From Botryllus schlosseri (Eukaryota): a stretch of DNA of 64,000 nucleotides. The position numbers and the translations under genes were made by a program. Each line of letters begins with the position of its first letter. Position 1 is the first letter of the stretch. The notes under the pieces were generated by a model. It saw nothing but the letters and a program-made list of their open reading frames with translations, was not told the origin of the DNA and did no database searches. The stretch spans positions 15,812,001 to 15,876,000 of the forward strand of contig CM119372.1 of the NCBI GenBank assembly GCA_051294905.1, written 5' to 3'. Shown here piece after piece: positions 53,050-64,000 of this stretch.

Positions 53050-54800
53050 TACCAGGACGGCCCGTGTGGTCGACATAGACAACAATTCTATGCTCTGATT
53101 TTGTTATTCACCGTCCCCACAAAGTTTTCTGCTTGACTGAACCAATTTCAAATTCGCCCATGTTTACGTTAATTTGGAACAACGCATGCATATTTCATAC
53201 AAACACGAGAGTAATCACCACGTAGCACCTCTTATTTAGATTTGTCCCAGTAAGAAAGCACCCGGCATCGTGAAGATTCTATTAGGTGTTCTTGGAACTG
53301 GCTTATGTTTCGAGGGAATGTTTGAGAATTAGTTTACTGGTACAATTGCTTCGTCAGTCTTAGGGCTTTACTGAGTACACAAAATGTCACCAACACTGCG
53401 TCACCGTCACTTCGTTGAATATGTGTTCTTAACAGAGAGACAACTGTAATGGAGTAGGCTAGTCGAACTCTTAGGTTTGGCACACAAGGTCATTGTTGCT
53501 AAGCACAGGAATCCCATGTATACTTTCATAAATCACTTCGTCGAAGATGATCAGGATATATTCCGTTAAATCACCGTATTCCTCCCTACGAATGACGGAA
53601 ATCGATCCCTACACCAGACTTCCTCACATTGTATTGATGCTGGAATACAAATTTAATAAAATTTTAATACGATTCATGGTTGTGTCATTGAATTTAAGGG
53701 TCCGCTCAGATGTTGTCGAATTGGTTACCATGAAGACATCGAGTTGCAGGCTATATAAGAAGCTGTTAATGATTAATGCTACGTAATAAAATCACCATCG
53801 AATACAATTCTTTCGGAATTTCACAAGTATGGTAAAATGTAAACTCAGTCTCCTGATTTCTCATCCATATTCTCGTTTTACATTACCGTACTTCATTTCG
53901 TGTTTCAAAAGCCCGCAAAATACAACGTTTTACAGGTGCATCTTAAGGACAATTTAACCCTAACTAATGCTCGGTGTTACGTCCGTCCACTCTGTTCATA
54001 AAAATAATTTTTCGTTGAACATATCAATTCAACTTTGAAAAATTGATCTCGAATACTTATACCTTGGTTCTTATGTGGTCAAAATTGAGCGAAGTGCCCC
54101 ACACAATGTAATGAAAGAATTGATCGTTCTAGGTGAGGTCAGGTGCACTACTGTAGATAATTCGGTGTCCTAGTAAAATGATATATTCATATTGGTGCCT
54201 TCTTGTTATGGTTCTTGTCACGACTAGGGGAGTTACGGAAAACGGTGATTGTTACAATGCTGAACGCTTGAGCAAGTCCGTGTGTGCCTGAGATGTCTAA
54301 TTAAGTCGTTGTTGAATGTGTCATTTTTGTTGTTTGTTTCACGGTCGGGTTGCTGACTGACGCCACGAAACCTTTCATCGGCCTAATTCCACTTTAAGAT
54401 TTCATTCAGACACGTGCGTTTCGGATTGATGAAGTAAATTCGCTGTGTATGTTCTGTAGCTGGTGGTCTGTCGTTTACTCGAGGCAACGGGTGTGAACAT
54501 TCTTGCACGGTAATTTCGTTCTTAGCTTGATACGTTGAGTGAAATGGAGTAGTATATTGTTCATAAATTAGAGCCTCACTTTTGATCCGATAGAAGCTGT
54601 GATTTTCATTTTTCTCTCGGCAATTTCACCTATATGTTATGACATATGGCGAACTACTTTGTTACTCTATCCAGTTTGCTAAATTCCCCACATTATCGTA
54701 CTACAATCCGGCTTTCCGGTGACGTTCTTCGTAACTTTTTGAGTGACCAACTGACCGTGTTCCTTCTTGTTCCGTGGCGGTAATCCCTTGATACATCTTT
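53050..54800 (-). mobile_element. Highly decayed LINE RT remnant
   Basis: Degenerate YRPISL-like, GI..FL..R..RVDG and PQGS-like motif order across frameshifts. Confidence 0.35.
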
Positions 54801-55585
54801 GTACATGTTTAACGGTGCACCGGTATATATAGTATATTGTATGGAATGTTAGCAGCATTTACAATTAAAATTGCGCTCGTTCAAGGTGTGACGTAATGGT
54901 CATGTCCACTTACGATTTCCGAGCGCATAGTAAGCCGTGTGGTGTTGCGATATTAACGGAGCAAAGTGAAGAGTATGAACGGTTGAAATTTCAGTATCAA
55001 GGGCTAAAACTGACTTATATCACTATATGAATGTATTTAATGACTGCCAGGTTCCAGTTTGGCAGCTATCTCATAAAAATTTGAGTGCAATTTAGAACCT
55101 GGGTTTTTCTGGATTTATTTAACGTCCACATATGGATTTTTCCGAAACATCCCAGTGGCATCCCTGCTCTGATAGATTGATTAGCATTCCAATTGATTGA
55201 TTGATTGATTGATATAAAGATATTGATTAACGAATCTGAATTAAATTGCAGATATCTTGGCGACACCATGTGTTATCTTCTGATAAGGCAAATTCGTGGC
55301 GAACTTGAGGTGAAATTCAGATGCGTCTGAAATACGAGTCCTGCGCACACTGCACTATCAGCAATTATGACAATGACCTGCCATCCTCGGAAAAAATCAT
55401 TATTTCATATCGCATTGATGCCCAAAGCCCAAGAATTGTTAACCATAATGATTTTATCAAGCCAGTCACAGGAGTTGCTCGAGTGACCTATGTAATGAAA
55501 TGACTTATGACACGGTCCGTAGATATATATGTGGTAATTCAAAAATTAGCTCTATTTATGCTAAGCTAATCTGTTCTGTTTATGG

Positions 55586-56271
55586 CAGGGGCGACCAACC
55601 CGTGACCCACGCGCCATATATGGCCGGCGAGACGGTTTTGGGTAGCCCGCGAATAAATTTTGGATTGTGAACCTGCAAGTCCAATTAAAAATTTGATTAG
55701 TCGGGCCGCAACACTTATTGATGACTAAAATATCAGTTCCGACACACTGACAGATCCACGGGACGGTCACATTTTTGGTAAATCTTCGTACATTGAAATG
55801 AAGTAGAATATTTGCGGTAGATTTATCTCGAGTAAATATTTCTTACACGCTTTGCGCAATAATTTTCACTCGATTTCTGGATTTTAATATTGTTACCCCT
55901 CATGAAAATGAAAGAACGCCTAATGTACCAGATTGCGTCTGACTATATTCGCAATTACGAGAGAAAGTGTCGTCCAGCATGCGACCTTGCGTTTGCGCTC
56001 GCAGAAAGACCGTTGACGATGAAACCTTGGGCACTAAATGATAGACGCATGTCGGCCGAAGTTTTCGATATCGATATGTCCTGGCGCCGAATAGTCCTGT
56101 CCTTGCAAACTGAGCCCAGTGATATCCAGTCGACCCGCAATATACTCAAGTAACAATATTATTGACCAATCTTTAAACTTTCCTAAACAAAAATCGCGCT
56201 TCGCGCGGCTAGTTGCCCTCGCATTGGTCAATTGCACGTGGCCCTTTGGCCGAAAAGGTTGGCCACCCCTG
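55586..56271. mobile_element. Charlie-type MITE
   Basis: TIR caggggcgaccaacc/ggttggccacccctg; perfect TSD gtttatgg. Confidence 0.88.
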
Positions 56272-57167
56272 GTTTATGGGGTCTAATGTATTGTTTGTTG
56301 GGTCGTTGTCGGTGGCTGAGAAACGAAGCCACGGCGTGTTTATATCGTTGGTTATTAATATTGAGTTGCAATAACATATTCGCGTGTAAGGTATAAATTT
56401 GCGCTTTCAGAAACACTAACGAAGCTAAAAATACCGAATAATCTTAGCCGTTAATCAAATTTCAAATATTCAATACAGAAACTTATTGAAAGTGCGCTAA
56501 TATCACTTTCAAGATCACTACATAATTACGACATGATTCTATAATGATCACCTTAAAATATCTAAATCTTTTATTCGAGTTCGATACCTAAAGTTCACTT
56601 ATATAAAGCAACGTGAGTAGGCCTACTTCATGAAACTAAGCTCGAGTCTGCTGGATACTTATGGGGATTTCAATTATAGAGGTGAGATCGAGTTTTCAAG
56701 TATAAGAAACGGACGAACTGTATCAGTAACGGCTAGTGTCGAAATCCACTTTGACTCTCACTGGGCTTCGTTCCGGTAGTTACTGTAATCTGTAAATATA
56801 TTTGCGAAATCGGCACTAAAGCCGAAGAGATTAAGTATATAGAGTTGACAATATTTAAATAAATTAGAATGCGGATTTATCTTCATTTATTTTGTTTGCA
56901 TGGCACAAAACTGTTTACTGATGTCAATTCTTAACTGCATGGAACAGATGTAGCGATTTCATTCAGCGGAGAAGTACACGACTACGGTATAGGCCTACCC
57001 ATAATCGTACATCAGTGATTTTTATTTGGTCTTATATAGAACAATAGGGGTTCCACGAGTTAGTCTAATGCGTTCCTTGGAGTTCAAGACCCGCACTCAT
57101 CTCATACATATAATTTGTGATAAAACGCCCGTCTTGGCCATCATTATTAGGGCCGATCAGTATGTGA

Positions 57168-58757
57168 CAGACTTGGACAACTAGATTATTCTAGTTCTCT
57201 ATAATTTCACTAAATTAGAGCGAAATGCAAGTAATCTAATTCTAATCTAATTTGTGAAATGTTCTTATGCTCTAATTCTAGTTTTATTGTATTCTGTGAA
57301 ATGTTCGTATGCTCTAATTTTAATTCTTATCTAATTTATTGTTTTCCTGAAAAAGCCATAGTCCGAGGCATTTTGCAGCGGGTTAACAAAAATATCCATC
57401 TTGCGTAGGGAAATCCAGTACCAACCCGCCATCTCCTTACTTACATAGTAGTTATTGTGACAGATAATAGCCTGCTAGCATGTTAGCTTGTAGCCTGCGA
57501 ACAACATTCTAGGTTTAAATACTTTATGTTAGTACAACGCCGTGCTGACTAACATGGGCGATGCTCATGGTAGGCAAAAAAGAAGTAATATTAAAGTAGT
57601 AAATACTAAAAAAACGTCATTTTATTTTGAACCATGAGCTGCGCGCGATACCCGACAACGCTTTCCAGTGACAAATAAATAGATATTGGGGCCAACCAGA
57701 CGTGATACTAGCTCAGTAGTTCTTAAACTGGAGGGGCGTGAAAGTAACTGAAGGGGGGCGCAAAACTACGGTCAACTGAGAATTTTTTAGCGCTCCGAGC
57801 GAATAACCTCCCATTCAGAGTTATTGCTTTTTGTGCAGTCCTAGTTTCATATTTGACGATTGTCTCATCAACAGTCATAACCTTCCACGCCATCAAACTA
57901 TCCGTTGGGATTGCTAGGATTCCGATTGCATTATGTGATATGACGATAAGGGCGCGCGCGATTTTTTCACTATCATAGAGGGGGGGGGGCGTCCAAAAAA
58001 GTTTGAGCACCACTGTACTAGCAGAAAGACTATCTCATCTTAAAGATTGATCTTGTGGAGACGTCTTATGCCGTTTTCGAAGCGTCTCGGACTTGGTAGT
58101 GTCTGGGCTATTGCACGTCAAGGCAATATGCTTATTGATATCAGCTGACTCTCCATCGAAGGAATGCTGTTGCCATCGCCGAAGCCGTTTCACCAGATGT
58201 TGGATAGTGTTGTTATGGGCACAGGCGATTAGCTTATTTTGAAACAACAACAATAATTTGAAACTGAAATCAATTTTAGCATTTTAAATGCTATGCTTCG
58301 CGCTCTTTCTTCCAGATCGCCGGCCGTGATTGCGGTGACCCCTGGAATAGCACAAAACGGGCCAAGATTGGTGTACAGACGTTCACCATTCTCATGAATA
58401 TGGGAATGCACTGTAAATTGATCAGAACTGAAGTTTGCTGTATTTCTTCCACATTCACAATTTCATTCAATTTCCAAAGTTTTCGCGAATTCAATAATTT
58501 TAATTCTAACCTAGTTACTAAAAAACCGTGTAGCTCTAATTCTACTCTAATTTGCAAAAAACTGTGTAGCTCTATAAATTCTAATTTTCATCTAATTTGG
58601 AATAACTGCGTAGTTCTAATTCTAATTCTAATCCAATTTGGAAAAACTGTGTAGCTCTAATTCTAATTCCAATCTAGTTCGGAAAAAACTGTGCAGCGCT
58701 AATTCTAATTCCAATCTAATTCGAAAACGCTGAAAATTTTCTAGTTGCCCAAGTCTG
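57168..58757. mobile_element. hAT MITE, CTAATT family, copy 2, with nested MITE 57714-58015
   Basis: Perfect TSD gtatgtga; nested TSD tactagct/tactagca; empty site present in copy 1. Confidence 0.9.
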
Positions 58758-59319
58758 GTATGTGACTTGTGACAATCGTTGTGGTACGTATATACATTAT
58801 ACAATGACGTACGTGAGGTGGATTGACTTCGAAATCGGAACTCATTCCTTCTGAAATGCCAATTCTATATCCGATATTTATAAGCGCATGTGTTATTGGT
58901 ATCATGCTGGTGGGTTTCGATCCAACTATAAGATGACCAGGAATATTTTTTACCTAAAAAACGGAAGATTTTAACCGGAAATAAATTTAAAAAAATTGAC
59001 ATATCTTTGATCTTAAAAAGCCTAATTTTGACCAAGTTTTGACCTCATGTATGTAAATAAGGTGTTTCACCACATAATGTTAGAATTGTATTACATATCT
59101 TCATTTCTGGTTGGAACCGTCTGTCGTTACGAAGTAGCTTGGCCTCAAAAAATTGTTTTGACTTAAAAACTGACAAATTTTTACACGAAAAAACTTTGTT
59201 TTATTGAAATATGGACCTCTGTAGAATTCCAGTAGTTACATCACTCATTATGGTAGAAATAATTTTGATGTAGTGCTACGAAAGATACTTTCCTACATTC
59301 TCGGGTAGAAAGTGTACAT

Positions 59320-59982
59320 TAGGGCTCTTCAAAAATGACTTTTTTTCTCAAATCGTACTGGCTACTTGATAAAATTGTTAGGTTACCTAATTTAAGCCTA
59401 CACACAAAATTTGGTTCAATTCCAGTCAGTAACCGCTTTGCTACAGGAGAAGAAAGTTTCTAATTATTATATAAAAATAAATAATACAAAATTTGAAAAT
59501 TTTCTGTTCACCCCATGAAAGTGTTAGGCTGTCTATAGAAACGATCCTCACCAAATTTGGTTCAATTCCAACCAGTGGATGCGGAGTTATTGCCGTCGAA
59601 AAATTTGGATTCGAATAAAATAGTATTTACGGTGAGCACAACTATAATAAATAAACAAAGAATCGGTCACCGTAAATACTATTTTATTCAAATCCAAATT
59701 TTTCGACGCCAATATCTCCGCTTCCACTGGTTGGAATTGAACCAAATTTGGTGAGCATCGTTTCTATAGACAGCCTAACACTTTCATGGGGTGAACAGAA
59801 ATTTTTCAAATTTTTTATTGTTTATTTTTATATAATAAATATAAACTTTCTTCTCCTGTAGCAAAGCGGTTACTGGCTGGAATTGAACCAAATTTTGTGT
59901 GTAGGCTTAAATTAGGTAACCTAAGAATTTTATCAAGTAGCCAGTACGATTTGAGAAAAAAAATCATTTTTGAAGAGCCCTA
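59320..59982. mobile_element. Near-perfect palindromic MITE (arms about 317 bp)
   Basis: TAGGGCTCTTCAAAA termini; perfect TSD gtgtacat; loop about 30 nt. Confidence 0.92.
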
Positions 59983-62900
59983 GTGTACATCCTTACTAAG
60001 TAGCTATTAGCCAAGAATGGTGAAAGAACGCTCAACAGAAGCAGTGGTTGGCTGGCAACACTGAAGTTGTGCGTACACTGATGGTGACTCACGGTCTTGC
60101 TTCATTCTGACAATGTTGTCTTCATCACAATTTTTCATCATGCGCTTCTTGATATAAGAACCATTGCCTTGCCTCAGTTAGGATATTGCGGTACGTTGAC
60201 CATATCACCATGCCAACCTATTTGTTTCATTTGACCGTTTATGATTCCTAATGAGCAGACAATTAAGGGGCCGGCTACCACGGTAGGCCTATAAAGTAGG
60301 CCACAAGCTGTAAAATGTCAAACGATAAGTTCGCCGACAGTGCAAAATCTACGATACAAACGAAATGCAGAGGTAAATTTTTTTTTGACTATATGTAAAG
60401 GCTATGAATCATCGACAGTGCAAACATCTACGCTACAAACGAAATGCAGGTTGCAAAGAAATTTGGACTTTGTAAACAATTTTGACAATTTTTTGACCTA
60501 ACGGTACAATTTTGACTAAATTTTAACTTATTTTGCCATTTAAATAAAATCGCCTTAATGATGACATGCACTCTCCAATATGAAGACTCGCGCTTCTGAC
60601 CTGTTATTCCGAAAGGGAACAGCAGAAGTCGCGCTGATTAGCAATAAATATGAGGTTTTCGTTTGTTATTTCAACATCCTGCTGATGCACATTGTTCATA
60701 TTGATCACTAGTAATCTTCATTAATGTATAAGATATGTGATAAGTTGTGTAGATTGGGAGATTCTTTTTTATTTTTACGACTCAACGAAAAATTGGGGTT
60801 CCGCGAAGGCTTGAAGATTAGTGTAAGTGATTCGCAGGTTAGTAAAGGTCAAATACCACTGTCGTACATACTTGATCATAATCGCGCCTGGAAAATCAGA
60901 AACAGATGATTTCCGCATGTCCTGATTTATCGACATGGCGACAAGCTTAGCATCAGCACATACCTGGCCTTTAGTGTCTACGTGCTACATGCGTTAGAAA
61001 TTTCCGTATACCTTCCTGGATTCGTGTTATTGTGAGATTTCGAACGTGCCGTGTACGAGCCCTGAATATTTCGATACAACACCAATGAGTCAAGCACTAC
61101 GGTTGAGAGTCGAGGCATGGTCGTTATCAATCAATATTTTCGAAGGTAAAATTTGTTCCCGTTCAATCACAGTCAATTCCCGGAGATAATGAGATTATTA
61201 TGAGGATATTTTGGTTTAAGGTGGTAAACAGTAATGATATTCGAGAATCTAATTCAAAGCACACCATCACTGCTCATCGCATGGCGTTACCAGGACGCAG
61301 AGCAGGCTGTTTTTATTGTTTTAATATTTATGGTATTTCGACCTATGGCCGTTTTACAACAGGTAAATATTTCTTATTATGATTCCTGAGCTGTTGACTT
61401 ATAGCACAGCCCACTGTCCTTGTAGGCTCTTCGTAAGACTCCTCTAGTGCGGATCGGATGGCGTTGACCTCAAATTGACTCGAACCAGCAGCATAATTAA
61501 AACAGTACAAGAAATCCACTCGACTAACAGGCTCCATCAAGTTTTAACACTTCAAGACTTATTAATACTCATGTTTTGAAGAACAACCTAAATACAAACT
61601 ATACGAAATTCGATATAATGTTCATAGTAAGTGAATATCTTCAACACTATAGAAATTTTATACCGCATCGATTGTATACCGGTATGGTGTCGAGGAAGAA
61701 CCGAGCATCACTTCGCTGTGAAATCAAAGTGACTTATCTCCATTTTACACATTTTGAGAAAATTAACTTCAAGTAAAGTCGTCATTGAAACAAGGATAAA
61801 CGAGGCGAAAATATGAAAATATTACAAAAACTTCATTTTCTATCAATTTGATAAAGGAAACTCATAATTTGAAAGATTGGCATAGACCACTTTGATTCCA
61901 CCATGGCGATATAAGTGTCTTCAAATTTCATGAATGCATGTGTGTTAAAAATCAGTAAAGCGTATCGCGGAGAAGGTCATACCATTGCTCGCCTTTTGAC
62001 AAACGGGAAAAGCGATTGAGGTCATTTCGCTACTCAAGGTAGTTGACGTGATGCCGCATTTAGCAACACGCGACTGAGCACGAGCTCGACAATAAAATTC
62101 ATTGTAACAAGTGACCTAATATCTTAGTGGGTGTTAACAGGAACTTTCAGCTTACCATTCCAGCGCATCAACTCTGCACGGCTGGCAATTAACTTCATAC
62201 TTGTAGACCAGACACGCCGCAGTTCGTGATCTCAATTCACGTGTGCGCGACAATTAAATGTCCAGATTACGCCGAATTTTAAAAAAATGCACTCCAATCA
62301 TATGGTCTTGTGTGGTACATATAGTCATGAAAAATTCAAGCGCAAGAGCTTTTCATTAGTCTACTTAGGTTTACGACCGGCAGTATGATGTAAAACCTAA
62401 GATAATATACACTTGCAACAACTTAACAAAGTATAATACTGTTGTAACGTACAAGTGGCGTTATAGTTTGCGGGATATTTCATTTCTCATTATTTAGCGA
62501 AAAGTAGCCTGTTGACACTGTTGCAAAACCGCCACGGAGTGAACAGAAAGATATTTTTATTGGAGTAAGATCGTCGGTGGAGTGTGACTAATCCCCATTT
62601 TACTATTAGAAATATACTTATTCGTTAAGCTGTATCTGGATACGTTTCGTGGATATAATCTTCTTATATAGCGACGTTTCAAGCCTAATATATATATATA
62701 TTGGAAATGACATATTGCGCTACGCATGTCATGATAAATGCCCATACTTGAATCAAATTCGTCACGCATTAATCCTTTATAAAAGTGGAATTTCCCCTAG
62801 TCAGCATATTGCAATTCCGAAAATGCACTTATCATGGCTTGACCAATATCTGGTGGGTACTTGACTGCGTATGTTGTAATTTTGACGACATCTACATCTT

Positions 62901-64000
62901 CGAGTGGTGAATAAATGTGGAAGCTTGGCACGTGCCGTAACTGCTTAGATATAAACGACACGTACTAGGGATGGCGAGAACCCCTAAAAGGTTCTGGTTC
63001 GCATGAAAACAACCTTTACAAATGATTCGTAGTGAACATGAACGTGCACGTGACCATATGGCGCGACGTGACGTCACTGGAAAAACAGATCACATTTTCG
63101 TCTTTGTGCCAGCAGTCTGTAAAATATATAACTGGGGTACGTTAATTAATTAATGAGAGTGCGATTCGTGATGTCATCGGAGAGTAACAGTCATGACGAT
63201 GTTAACGGAGGAAAATGTGGTATCCTCGTCTGAAAATATCTTATTGGTAAAATTTTATTACGATTCGAGGTTGACCTTCGGCAATTATTCGTACCCAGTA
63301 TAACTGAGCATCTCAGAAAATCGTTTGAGTCCAGGGCCAATTTGGCACACTGCGGGGAATAGAAAGCTCATGATATCATTGCAGCAAGCATTGTGGTAAA
63401 GAGGGTGTCATATTATTCAAAACCGTAAGCAGTATATAAACGCTCCATCCCATCTAATTTTCAGGACCACGACAGTCTGTTTGAGATTTAAATACTAACT
63501 TTTATTTTACTGTTTATAACATTCGTACGTCCACATAATTCTGTAACGCAAAAGGTTTTTTTTCTGCAATATAGAGGCATAATGTTTGAATTTGAAATAT
63601 TCTAACGTTACTATTCTAGTGTTACTGTCTCTCTCTCGATAAGGGAGCTATACTCCGAAAGCTCTTGTTACCAAATGAACTTAATCATTTGTAAGTATAG
63701 GTGTAGGATAAGTGTTGGAAGCTACTGAGGTATATCGTCTGATATCGGCTAAACGAAGTTATCAATAGTTATAGCAGAGGTCTCAAACACGCGGCCCGCG
63801 AGAGGATTTTGTGCAGCCCGCGACGGCATTTTGGAATTTCTAGTATTCAACAATATATTCAAGTGCCATATATAGATACAAGATCTTAAAGTTCACTCTA
63901 AAACTACTATCAAAGTCACTGAAATCTCGAAAGATTTCACAATCACATCACTTTTAAAAGCTACTATGTAGTAGAAGATCTGCTAACGTCACATTTCTAA

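Noticed and set aside
61560..62400. Possible decayed LINE RT on the minus strand
   Set aside because: Motif resemblance too faint to call without a profile search

Overview
AT-rich, repeat-saturated animal genomic DNA, with no prokaryotic operon structure. The protein and repeat content suggests a marine invertebrate such as an ascidian, but this is inference only. One multi-exon gene can be reconstructed on the + strand from five phase-compatible exons (13146-29321, about 510 codons). It encodes a Cys-rich extracellular protein with a furin-type RRRKR site, trefoil-like Cys motifs and two TSP1 repeats. A possible signal-peptide exon of a second gene lies at 50761. The rest is mostly nested transposable elements: many hAT-type MITEs and decayed hAT transposases with 8-bp TSDs, tRNA-derived SINEs, decayed LINE and gypsy RT remnants, and several Penelope-like element (PLE) 3' ends. 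The most notable signals are: (1) minimal type I hammerhead ribozyme motifs in the PLE ends, including a fold-back PLE insertion; (2) a hAT MITE whose interior is made of joined 28S rRNA-like fragments; (3) a 32-bp TIR-only MITE with a perfect TSD. All family assignments come from motif recognition by eye; no searches were run.
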